From: Chrysomallon squamiferum
Lineage: Eukaryota > Animalia > Mollusca
Length of the DNA stretch: 64,000 bases
Assembly (NCBI GenBank): GCA_012295275.1
Contig: CM022665.1
Coordinates: forward strand, 32,860,001 to 32,924,000
Reading direction: 5' to 3'
In this document: in pieces, positions 52,436 to 64,000 of the stretch
Numbering within the stretch: position 1 is the first letter of the stretch
How the letters are laid out: the number at the start of each line of letters is the position of its first letter
Position numbers and translations under genes: made by a program
The notes under the pieces: model-generated
Told to the model about the DNA's origin: nothing
Databases searched by the model: none
Seen by the model: only the letters and a program-made list of their open reading frames with translations

Positions 52436-53179
52436 CAGTTGTACATCGAGTTACGAGTGTTCCAGCTTACGAGTTTTTCGAGTTACGAGCAGCCGCCCGG
52501 TCGATTTTTGCTTTGAACTGCGAGCCAAAATTCGAGTTACGAGAGAGCTTCAAAAACGCAGCGGCTAGTCGGCACAACGAACAACACAACATCCGCCCAG
52601 CATTCCGTGTCTCACTCGTTTACTTCACGTGGTTACCTCGCCGTGGAAGCATCTCTGTTGTCTTATGTTCGTCTTTTGTGCAGTATTTTGCTAAATTTAT
52701 TTTTTCAGACCATGCATCTTAAGAAGGTGAGTGCACAGGACAGTGCTGAGAAGAAGAAGCAGATGACGTCCATTGAATTACAGTATGAAATCATAAAAAA
52801 CATGAGCGAGTGTGAGTTTAGTCGACTTAGCTAGGCAGTATGAGCGTAGTACTTCTATGATATATACCATACTGAATCTGAAGGAGTCGATAAAGGCTGT
52901 AACTCCAGCCAAAGGCGTTAAAATAATTTGTCTGATCTCCAAGATAAATACACTTTACAAAAGCAATGTATTTCTTTATTCTCTTTGATTTTGTTTTTTG
53001 TACAATATTTGTGATTTATACATGCATTTTTCTTATTTAATAATAAAAAAATGGGATGTTTTTTGCGGGCCTGGAACGGATTAATGGTAATTCAGTTACT
53101 TTCAGTTGGGAAAATAGATTTGATATACGAGCAAATTGAGTTACGAGCTCAGTCACGGAATGACTTAAAGGCACCACTG
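52436..53179 (+). mobile_element. Non-autonomous Tigger/pogo element, copy 2 (same family as 16669-17357)
   Basis: TA|CAGTTGTACATCGAGTTACGAG ... AAGGCACCACTG|TA; degenerate transposase N-terminus MHLKKVSAQDSAEKKKQMTSIELQYEIIK../..DLARQYERSTSMIYTILNLKESIKAVTPAKGVKII; 3' part colinear with copy 1. Confidence 0.88.
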
Positions 53180-53444
53180 TATTGTTTTTATTGCTGTTGC
53201 TACGTCGGCCATATATATATATATATATATAGGTGTCATTATAGATATATCAGTAGTAATCGTGGTAATGGTGGTAATGGTAGTAATAGTAGTAAAAGTA
53301 GTCATACTAATGGTAGTTGTAATAGTAATTGTAGTCATAGTTCATGTTGTAATATAATAAAAGTTGTATTCAGTAGATTTTTTTTTTTATTTGATTTTTT
53401 TTTATTGTTGTTGCCATGTCGGTAGTATTTAAACACTATAAACC

Positions 53445-55202
53445 ATGCAAGCTCAAGGTAAGGTAGTATACCTTCTGCAAGAATATTTGCATGGTGGTGG
53501 AGGAACATATTGGCGCATAATTAACTGATGAGTCCTTGATATAAGACAAAAAGTAAATTTGAGTGCAAAAGTATTACATTCATAAGATAATAATTATGTG
53601 AAAGATAATCCTGCAATTTATGTAGAATATGTGTATATTAATTATTTAATGTTTGGTACATGATATAATGATTCTAGGAAATGTGGCGTTTATCTATAAC
53701 AATACTATAAATTTTTGTATTTCTAGGAATTTTATAATACCTGTCTAATGTTTTCTATTTCATTAAAGAAAGGCTGTTATTTTCATAAAAATCTTATTAT
53801 AATTATGTGTTGTTTATGAGAGTTGAATAAATTATGGAAGTATAATTATCAAAAATAAAGAAGTTAATTTTAATTACTAGAAATTTGAGAAATGTTAGCT
53901 AATTAATATCTCTGACTCTGTATTTGTACAGAAATAGGTAATAAACTGGAAATTAGTAAGTAGGGGAACACGTCTCCTTGCATACCCCTCCCATTTCTAA
54001 CCCTGATCATGTACCAAATATGTCTGGAATGTTTCAAAGTCGTAATGATGCCAGCGTTAATTCAACGGTGTTCATGAAATTTATTCCTCATAATTGAAAA
54101 GTATTTATCAGGTCTCTGAATATGTACAAGTCTTAAAATATCAGCCTGCAGTCAATAACTTTCTAATGTAGCTGGTTTTTTTTTTTTTTTTTTTATCATT
54201 TGCAAGTTAAATTTTAAAGATATGCTGCATAACAATCTTATCGCATGGATTTAAGTATACTTTCTTTCTTTATCCCAGATAATGACAGTGACGGTTTAAT
54301 CTCTCCGATGTCTTCAAGAATCCATTTTCAACATTCAAGAGACTACAGTCCTTCGGTATCGTTGCCGATTGAGGATCACTACGAACAAGTAGGAAGAAAA
54401 GAGAAACAATCATCTTGGAGTATGTATATAATAATTCTAATTCTAATATTGTTGGAATATGTTTCTGAAAAATGGTATCTTTCTTCTTCTTCTTCTTTTT
54501 TTTTTTTTTTAATTTTTCTTTTTTTTGGTGGAATATGTGTATATTAATTTTTTAATGTTTGGTACATGATATAATGATTCTAGGAATTGTGGCGTTTATC
54601 TATAACAATACTATAAATTTCTGTTTTTCTAGGAATTTTAAAATACCTGTCTAATGTTTCTTTATTTGTTTAATGGAAATAAAAATAAAACGGCAACTTC
54701 AAAATAATCTTTCTTTTCATGTCGCTGATTCACATCAGAAGCAGGGGTATTTTGTTTTCAGATATATAAAAATATTACATATCTTGCTTTTTCTAACATA
54801 CCTGGTTTTGCTAAGATCAGACCTAAATTATTTTATTTTACTTATAGCAAATATTTGTACCAGACTGTCGTTAAGAATGTTTTTTAAATGAGTAAATGTT
54901 TTGATGTTATGAACCCTTTCAATTATCTGGTGTAGTTAATATAAAAATATAATTGTTCTTCATTAAAAGTAATGTTTATCAGCTACGCTTGTCTGTGTCC
55001 AACTTTAATACCTAGTAACGTATACTTTCATTGCAGGAACATTGGCGTGCCATATATCAATATTAACCGAATTATCTCCCTTTATGATCATAGCCTTCGT
55101 TCCGTAGTTTACCGGCTAAATTCGGGAGTCGAGGCTATTTTTAGAGTACTAACTGGGTGACAACCAGTGAAATGTACCTGCTAACTCATTATAATAATTA
55201 AG

Positions 55203-55277
<75 letters not shown>

Positions 55278-55893
55278 ACATTATTATTAGAAAGAACATT
55301 ATCAATAAAACTGTCCTGAAAATATATTAATTATTCAATCATTCATTAATTCACTCTCATTGGTCTATATTTATAAGGATGCACTATTCTGTGAAGAGCA
55401 TTTCTGATGGTTTCAACCTTTTGATTCCGATAAATATTGTGACTATGACAAATACTAAAATACCTACAATTTATAATCTTTTTGCTATTTGAAGAATCCG
55501 CTGGTAGCTATTTATTTACTTATAATGTTTTATATTGTTCTACTTTTAAGGTACAGTTTTTGAAAATGTCGGTAACAAATTAACTATTTACCTAAATAGG
55601 TTACTTTAATACAGTTTGACATCCGTAATTAACCTGTATGCATCATTAAAGTAAGTAAGTATGTTAACCGTTCATTTCTACAAATATTCCTATCAGTATG
55701 TATTTTTTAAATATCCACTTTTAGTTAACAGAAATCCAATTACTGAAATCACCCAACAATTAACGATCATTAGCGAGAGACAAAGGGAAATTTGTCCTCG
55801 ACCTGTTCATTTAAGTAAAAGACAAAATAGACGATACGAGGAAGACACGGATGGGACTGCGGAGTTGGCGGCCATTATTAGGCAGTTATGTTG
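53445..55893 (+). CDS. Putative 5' coding exons of a plus-strand gene (probably the TEX45-like gene; linkage unresolved)
   Basis: Phase-compatible chain 53445-53457 (MQAQ), 54279-54419 (DNDSDGLISPMSSRIHFQHSRDY...QSSW), 55725-55893 (INRNPITEITQQL...AELAAIIRQLC); additional candidate exons at 51805-51830 and from 55037. No clean phase-2 partner found downstream. Confidence 0.45.
53625..54659 (+). repeat. Local direct duplication of about 130 bp (53625-53753 and 54531-54659)
   Basis: GAATATGTGTATATTAATTnTTTAATGTTTGGTACATGATATAATGATTCTAGGAAnTGTGGCGTTTATCTATAACAATACTATAAATTT...TACCTGTCTAATGTTT present twice with few mismatches. Confidence 0.9.
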
Positions 55894-56454
55894 GTAAATA
55901 AGTGGGAAGCAGGGACAAATGGTTATCTTATTTCTGTATTCTCTGTTTGATTTGTTGATCAATTTGATGTAACCTGTATATGCTCCATAGAGAGTTTGAA
56001 TTATATATTTATTTCTAACAAAACCTGTTAGGGAAAATTAAACGAATTAAGAATTACATTATTTCATTTATCGCCAACTCCCACGTCCTCAACCACTAAA
56101 TAATAAGTATACATGTGTAAAATAAATAATTATCTTTGTAATATAACATCTCTTATGCGCTGGGCCCCGTGACAGTTTGAGACAAATATGTGCACTTTCC
56201 TTTGAACATTTTAGAATCGAGAGTCTTTGGAGTGGATTTTTAAACTAAAAGTCTTGTTATTTCTATGCTGTGCATTTATGATTCATATTTAATCAAGCAC
56301 ATTCATGATATATATTTATTGTTATAAATGCTATTGTTAATCATTGAATTCTGTTTTAATAATGTATACGTTTAAAGCATACAATGTATTTATACAATAT
56401 AGTTAAACACACATATACGCACACGTACAAATACACACACATACAGAGTAATCC

Positions 56455-56523
<69 letters not shown>

Positions 56524-56588
56524 CAGTAACCTATATATCTACCGGCCTATCTGCCTATCTGTCTGTCTGTTTGTCTGTCTATCCACAC

Positions 56589-57373
56589 CAGTGATTCTGG
56601 AATTATCCTAAGAAAATATTTCTGTCAAAAAATTTGAACAATTTTATTGGCTGAATAAATGTGAGGTAACAGATGCTACTTGTCTTGTTATTGTGGAGCA
56701 CTTATAAATAAGGGTAAGCGATTTCAACTTCAGATTTTCTGATTTGAAAGAAATTAATTATCCATCTTGGATGACTCAGCGATTGCTAGTGGATCTGTCA
56801 GATGTAACCATGGAGTATCAAGGAGAACTTTCAGAATTACAAAATGATGACTCGATTAAAGCCCTGTTCAAAATAAAAGGAACAATGATGTGGCTCTGTG
56901 AAGAAACACAAGCTAAATATCCATATACAAATAGTTTGGCAAGAAAACTACTGTTACCATTCCCATCATCATACTTAGTGGAATGTGGATTTAGTGCTGT
57001 GAATGACTTATTACTGAAGAAAAGAAACCAACTGGATATCACTAAACGAGGCGACTTGAGATTGAAATTAACAAAATTTCTGCCTCGGATAAAATCTCTT
57101 TGCAGTAGACATCAGGCTCAAGGATTTCATTAATTGATTGTAATTGAATTTATTTAATCTGATGGTAGATATGTTATACACATTATAAAATGGATTTTAT
57201 TTGATTAAATTTGAAGTTAAACCCCTTAGTTTTATTTGAAAGATACAATTTTGTATGTTATACTTCTTCAAAACTGATATTGTTATATCATACTAAACAA
57301 TTAACGGGTGGGGACATGAAGAAATTTGTGATAAAAAAGTGGGGCATGGTACTAAAATGATTGGGACCCACTG
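56589..57373 (+). mobile_element. Internally deleted hAT Charlie/Buster transposon retaining the transposase C-terminus (SCAND3/FAM200-like)
   Basis: ORF 56744-57133 has the hAT dimerisation-region motif LLPFPSSYLVECGFSAV...RGDLRLKLTKFLPRIKSLCSRHQAQGFH*; ends CAGTGATTC / TTGGGACCCACTG; 8-bp TSD ATCCACAC / ATCTACAC. Confidence 0.92.
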
Positions 57374-58512
57374 ATCTACACCCATTTTCTCAAACGTCAG
57401 GTGATCTCGAAGAAAGGAGAGAGTCCTGATGGTTTCACTAGATACATATGTGAGCGAAACTGGAAGAAACGAAACGAGAAAAAGAGAAGGAATTTCTAGG
57501 ATTTATTTTAGTGAAAAACAACAACAACAACAACACACACACACACACACACACTCATTAATAATTCACATAACACTGTGAATAATTATTTATTCTATCA
57601 AACAAGTTGTTTAAATTGTTTTTAGACTTAACACATTAGATTCGTGAAATGACCTGCATGGCGCTTATTTACATTGATGTCAGAGACAGAAAACAGAGTA
57701 TCCGGGCCACAGATTCATACGAACTGTATGTTAGAATAAATCTATTAAAAATACCAGATTATTATTCCTCAGTATCTGGAAAAGTCACTTTTTATTTTTA
57801 ATATTTTCGGGAAAGCCGATTTAAATATCTGTAGCTAAGTCTATGGTATTTAAAAGAAAATGCACAGTCCAGTAGTTCATGTTTTAGAAGGTTCAGCTGT
57901 ATAGGAAAGATAATAATATATAATAAATTATGAAAGAAGAAATAAGTATTAAAATGGTATATTTGAGAGACAGACAGACACAGAGAGAGAGAGAGAGAGA
58001 GTGTGCTTTATTTCATTCGAAAACTCTTCACACGAAGCAAGTGTTGACAGAATGATTCCAAAAAAGAAAAAATTTCAGATATTGTTTTGTATCATTAACT
58101 GTCAGTTTAAATAATATTTCTGTTACAACGTTATTTATCAGTTAAAACCTGCCACTGTTTTGTATAATAATTCATTATGAAGTAATAGCTGTGTCAACGT
58201 TAAAAACAAACATTTAGGTGTTGTAAATATTAATCATTTATATACTGCTTCCAGTAATGTGGTTGATTACTAGAACAGTTAGTGCAGGGACCAGTGTTAC
58301 GGTGCACCATACTTACAACAACAATAAGCTTAATGTCGCTAAAGAAAAAACATAATCTACCAACAAGTAAGATTAACTAAGCGATTACCAGGTCGCATAG
58401 TTACCACTACAATAGCATTAACAAACCTGTGCCTTTGCACCGCAATCGTTTTATTCCCAAAACAAGTGAATTTTCTTTTAGAGGAAAGTCGAATTTGTAA
58501 AATCATTGACAG

Positions 58513-58754
58513 TTAGTTATGAGTTCTATGTTTGATAAGAATCGGAGACTCTATGGGTCAAATCGGGCTGGTGTAATTCGAGCGAAAGGAATAGAGAATG
58601 TTCTCAAGAAAACCAGCGTCTTACAGAACGGGGAATATAACTTTACAAACGAAAAATTGAAGACGGATATATGGGAAACTAGCACTGGTCGAGATTTTCA
58701 AGTACATTTATTACTTTATGTCTTTTTTTAATTTTTAATTTAATTTTATTCCAT

Positions 58755-58785
<31 letters not shown>

Positions 58786-59680
58786 TTCATTGTTTATATC
58801 ATAGCTGAAGTTATAAGAAATGGCTTTAGCGCCTTTAAGCCAATTTGGAAACTCACAACGGAAAAAAAATCATAGTATGCACTGTCCATTATTAATTTTA
58901 TCTTTGTAAATTTTAGATACTGGAAAAGCTATAAATCATCATCATCATCACAATTATGATTATTATTATTACTATTATTGTTGATATTATTATTATTATT
59001 ATTATTATTGCTAAGATAAATAAATAATAATTATTATTTTTAATACATCATGTATTTATTTGTTTCTTACATATGTATATATATGTATATATGTATACAT
59101 ATTTTGAATTGTACTACTTCTTGTTACATATCTATATTTGATGATTATAGGGGCAGGGCATTGTGCAGACCCTTGCGAAACCCTCAGTTAGTCAGGTAAG
59201 GAGACAGATATAAACTTTGTTGATTTATTTTTATGTATTATTAGATCTACTGTTGAGAGTATTTTTGTCTTAATAAACTCCCGATTGAAGAATTTCAATG
59301 TCACGGGTGATAAATAACAATTATATATAAATAAAAAATTAAAACAATCTTAACAAAAAGAAATCTAATGTTTCTAACTATTTATTTATTAGAAATATAT
59401 TAAACTTTTTGTTTATGCTCTTTCAGAGACATAAGCATTAACCATAGATAATTAGATAGATCAATGAACAGATAGATTTATAGATTAGTCAGAGGATATA
59501 TATAGGTATAACATTTTTGCATCTTCTAGATTGATCATCATTTTCTTTTGAGTTATGACACAAACCCTGAGGAATACCAGGGGAGCACAACCAAGGCAGA
59601 TTTCAACGAGAAAGTACCATGCAAGGTGATTATAATACACAGAAAAAAACAACCAACCAACCCCCCCCAAAAACGAAAGA

Positions 59681-59752
<72 letters not shown>

Positions 59753-61244
59753 TAACCAGAACAAAACAAAAAACCCACAAAAAACAATCAAAAAAAAAAA
59801 AAACCCATCAAATTTTATAAACCGTTTTATACGATTTTAAATTTTAGTTTGTTAACTGGATTAAGTTGTTGTTTCAGCCCTGCATATGTGTGTCTGACAA
59901 AACCATCACTTGGCCAGTGAGTATTGTTTTATTTTTATTTATTTATTTATATATTATATTTTAGTATTACTTTTTCTGTCGACTGTTTTTTTTTTTTTTT
60001 TTTTTTTTTTTTAGACAAACCTTAATTTAGACATAAACTAAACAAACTATTCAGGCCTCACAGTTTGAAAGGTCTTCCAACAGTTTCAGCTGACTTGCTA
60101 TACATCCTTATTAAGGTATATCAAAGAGGGCCTCAGCTGCTTTTCAGAGCCTCACGGCATGAAAGGTGATAAAAATACATATATTTTGGAATCGGCATTT
60201 CTAAATACTATTAAATGAAACACTGTTACTATATACCATTAAATAAAACATATTGCTATATATCATTAACAGAAAAAAGAATTACTATATACTGCTGACT
60301 GAAACTGTATTACTATGGGCCACTGACTGAAACAGAACTTTTTTAAACTGGAACAAAAGGGAATATGAAAATAGCAATAGACGTATTCAGTCGTTAATTT
60401 TTATAGTTTTGAACAAAGAAAAAAAAACTGTTTAGGAAATTATTTGCGAGAACTGTTAATAGGAGACAGACATAGATTTATTTGTACAGTGATGATAAAA
60501 CAGGGAGTCAGAATCAACAGATCCATTTAATACTCCTATTGAAACAGCACTGCTGTCTTTTTTTCTTTTTTTTTTGTGTGGATATTAACATAACTAGGAA
60601 AATACGTATCATCACATAACCCCGGATTCATCTAAACATCACGAATCACGTCAACGCTCTGAACACTGAACTATACAGCACCCTTCCTAATTCTGGACAG
60701 AGAAAAAAAATAAAATAAAAGAGAACGACATGATACAACAGCAAATAACAATAATAGTAGTAGTAGTGGTGGTCGTCGTGATAGTAGTATTGTTATTAAT
60801 AATACTGGAGTAAAAAGCTTTGTCAGCATTTATTTTATTTTTATAACATTAACTTATGCTCTAGCCTGATGGACATTATTTCAAATGTTTCCGTTATAAA
60901 ATAAGCTTCCTTTTTTTTTTTTGAAGTCAGAATTAGTGCGTGCATGTAAAATTTACTTTTCTGTATTTGATAACAGCACCTGGAGCCGTATTACACTGGC
61001 AGAAAACCTTCCAAACATACAGAGTATCGAGATTCCTTTGCATCAACAGTAAGTAATATATTTATTCTAATTAGAGAAATTTAACTACTAATGAGATGAT
61101 AAATGAATTCGAATAACATACCTGAACTTTGGGTTATAAAAAGTGAAAATGTTGTACATAATTGTATGTATGTATGTATGTATGTATGTATGTATGTATG
61201 TATGTATGTATGTATGTATGTGTGTGTGTGTGTGTGTGTATGTA

Positions 61245-61275
<31 letters not shown>

Positions 61276-63923
61276 GTGTGTGTGTATGTGTATAACAGTT
61301 ATGTAATTACTGTCTCTGCTTTCATTTATTTATTAATGATATATTTTGTTTTATTTTTCATTATTGTTTCAGAAACATGTGATCTGTGTTCCCGCTTATC
61401 CGAAAAAAAATGTATCAAACCTGAATTTACCTTTGGAACAAGAGCATTATCATTTAAAAGGTTCTAGTCATTTTCAGTTTGGAAATGATGAAAGGAGGTA
61501 CGATGTGATCTTATTTAAGGTGTAAATTTATAAAACACTAATTTATGAAAAAATAAAGTATATAAAATTAACTAAAATATACGTAAAGAATTTAAATATA
61601 CACAATACACTTTAGGCTAAGTACATACGTAATATTAAAATGAATTTTTTGTCTATTAATTTTATAAACATGACCACAGTGATACCTAGTAAACATGTGT
61701 ATACTATTTTAATTAAGAAAGAAAACTGAAAATGATCTTGTCCATCACAGTGCAGGGTCCTGTCATCTATATTCATTAAGAAAGCACTATTAAAATTCGT
61801 TATTGTTTCATTGTTTAGACCTGTTTTTGGAGCACTTATTCATTATCAACGACAACATCATCGGTTTACAGAATATAACAACAAACAAATGAAAACATTA
61901 AATGCAGGTTTCAAATTCCATGTCCAATAACATTTACTAAATTTCGTATTATTAAGACAGAGGATTTTTTATTTTATTATGTTTTTAAAATTATTATTAT
62001 TAGTTTTTAATTTTTTGAAAGATTTATTAAAAATATATATATTATTTTTCATTTCCAGTAATATTAGCGAACAGCAGAGAGCGTATGGAAGACGAGCAGA
62101 TGGCAATCTCAGCGGCCAACTCGCAATAGAAACAACCGAAGCAAAAAATGTCATAAAGAAAATGAAGACAATGGACAGAACGTCACACGTCTTCAGGAGA
62201 GGCGACTATAATGGTCACGGTAATTTGCAGTTTTGTCCCTTGATAAAGAATAATTATAATTATACTCAGTTTAATAAATTAGAAATCCTCTTGCTACGTA
62301 TAAATACATAAATAAATAAATAAATATAATGTCATATAAATTCGTAGTTAATATTTTATTAATTCACTGATTTTGTTTTTCTAGTAATAAAATAAAACGA
62401 GTGCAATAAAAAGATCGTGTGAAATGCTCCCTAGAAAAAACTTAGCCTCGACAATAGCGCAAATATTTGTATTTACATTTTATTTTTATTTTTTTCTCTT
62501 GCCTTTATGTCCATTACCATAGTGTCACCCAGTAAACGTGATGAACTAATATCTTATGTCAGAGATGAAAAGATATGTAATATTTCATTAACATTTTGTC
62601 CGAATTAGCTTTCACGATTATTAACTTGTCTGAACCTTTAACTTAAACTGAGGTTATTTTATAGAATATCAACAGATAGATTATTACCCAGTCAAAGGTG
62701 TTCGTACAGCTGTTTTACTACATTTTTGTTTCAGCGAACAATTACATTTCTACAAACGTTGGAGACTTTGGACCGAGAACAATTCCCCCATCTGAGATAG
62801 TAGCGTCTGAACTTATTCAAGAAGCACTGTAGGTATTAACTTACTTAGTTGGACCAGTAGTTTATATAAGAGGTTGAGGTTAACATTTTGCTTTTAGTGT
62901 GTGTGTGGGTGTGTGTCTGTGATTTGACATGGATTGACCCATATGAACACTAAAACACTCTTATTTTCTTTATATTAAATGCTTCCTCTCATACTTCTTT
63001 CAGCATGGAATCCAGCACAGACGAACCATTTACCTATAACACACTTCGTAATGTTCCTAATGAGCTTGCGACTTACGCAAGGACAGTCACTGTACCAAAT
63101 GTATACAGAGGTATGTATGTGTTTACTTTATTAACCCATGGTAAGGGTCGGTTGTAGATGGACTAAAGCCAAAAACCAGTGCATTGAACTAACTGTATAA
63201 AATCTCTTTAAAACTTCTTTTGTTTTCTTTATTAGAGTAATTATAGACTACAAACTGTTACAGCGAAAAAGCAAATTAGGCCTCCTAAATTAAATCTTTT
63301 TACTATAAACCTTTCATATCAGATACCATTAATTGTTTATTATTTTTAAATAAATAAATCTTCTGTTTTAGCTGCGAATGTGGGAAAGAAGGATTCAGTT
63401 CAAACTCATTTCAAGGTGAATGATACTTTTTAATTTGTTTTCTGAATATTCAGTATTAAACACAAATACATGTATGATAATGCGCAAGTACGCCCAAAAC
63501 CCATATAATATTTTTATTATTACTGTTGCTATTATTGTTGTTATTTGTGCTTTATATACATACATACATATATACATATATACATATATGTATGTATGTG
63601 TATATATATATGTGTGTGTATGTATATATGTATATATGTATGTATGCATGTATGTATGTATGTATGTGTGTTTGTGTATGTATGTATATGTATGAACGTG
63701 TGTGTGTGTGTGTCGGCGCTACTGATTACCATGAATTAAATTGTATGTTACATGATTGTATCGTTATTATTATTATTTGTTTTTAAATGCATTATTATTA
63801 TTATTATTTTTTTGATTTCAGTTCGGCTCATATGACGAAAAAGTTAGCTCGATTTATGTCAACGATTTTGAACCTGTTCCTGCCACTAAAGCAAAATTTT
63901 ATGTTACACCATCTGCTGGCAGT
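58513..63923 (+). CDS. TEX45/SAXO5-like axonemal microtubule-inner-protein candidate (partial; continues beyond window)
   Basis: Phase-consistent exons ~58513-58701, 59530-59625, 59878-59916, 60977-61048, 61373-61497, 62059-62219, 62735-62828, 63004-63110, 63372-63415, 63822-63923. Repeated motif HFxF/LG..(x)n..S/T-x(4)-D/A-F/Y: DHHFLLSYD...STTKADF, SSHFQFGNDERSNISEQQRAY, TSHVFRRGDY...ISTNVGDF, QTHFKFGSYDEKVSSIYVNDF. Exon structure is solid; the family call is from motif recall. Confidence 0.7.
60209..60335. repeat. Degenerate ~28-bp minisatellite (about 4.5 units) in intron
   Basis: Units of the form ATTAAATGAAACACTGTTACTATATACC / ATTAAATAAAACATATTGCTATATATC / ... / GCTGACTGAAACTGTATTACTATGGGCC. 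Confidence 0.55.
61144..61270. repeat. (TATG)n/(TG)n compound microsatellite
   Basis: Direct inspection; similar arrays at 29865-29915, 55205-55273 (CT), 56456-56523 (TATC), 59686-59750 (GA) and 63555-63713. Confidence 0.9.
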
Positions 63924-64000
63924 GTTAGTAATGTTCTTTTAAAAAATGTCTTTCTATATATATAACTTCAATTCAACATATTACTTTTAGTATTTTATTA

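Noticed and set aside
56744-57133. Domesticated SCAND3/ZBED/FAM200-like host gene
   Set aside because: Only the C-terminal fragment is present and it is bounded by TIRs and an 8-bp TSD, so it is a deleted transposon.
60050-60335. CRISPR-like spaced repeats
   Set aside because: Degenerate tandem units without unique spacers, inside a eukaryotic intron, with no cas genes.
62735-62800. Cadherin-like LQTLETLDREQ motif in one frame (and ITLAENLP near 60990)
   Set aside because: The LDRE frame hits a stop and neither frame is phase-compatible with neighbouring exons; the alternative frames give one continuous TEX45-like ORF.
1-64000. tRNA, rRNA or other structured ncRNA genes
   Set aside because: None recognised by eye; a covariance-model scan (tRNAscan-SE, Infernal/Rfam) would be needed to exclude them.

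Overview
AT-rich, microsatellite-rich eukaryotic genomic DNA from an invertebrate animal; a mollusc is inferred from a perlucin-like lectin and the repeat landscape. Most short ORFs in the six-frame track are intron or microsatellite noise, so genes were rebuilt by hand from GT-AG splice sites and phase continuity. In order: (1) 3' part of a coiled-coil protein ending in a CAP-Gly domain (+, <1-9039); (2) intronless ankyrin-repeat protein ending in a CaaX box (+, 14501-15391); (3) mitochondrial pyruvate carrier MPC2 (+, 5 exons, 19372-23228); (4) a 920-aa single-exon orphan ORF (-) head-to-head with (5) a Myb/SANT + coiled-coil MSANTD4-like gene (+); (6) a 7-exon, 546-aa secreted protein (-, 44306-48582) that resembles a family of uncharacterised bacterial proteins and is the top candidate (possible intronised horizontal transfer); (7) a divergently oriented perlucin-like C-type lectin that appears to lack one exon; (8) a TEX45/SAXO5-like ciliary microtubule-inner-protein gene running off the right end, with an unresolved 5' part. 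Non-autonomous DNA transposons (Tigger/pogo, hAT, TTAA-flanked, foldback) are scattered throughout. CpG-poor and CpG-normal blocks alternate, suggesting mosaic gene-body methylation. Family assignments come from motif recall, not database searches.
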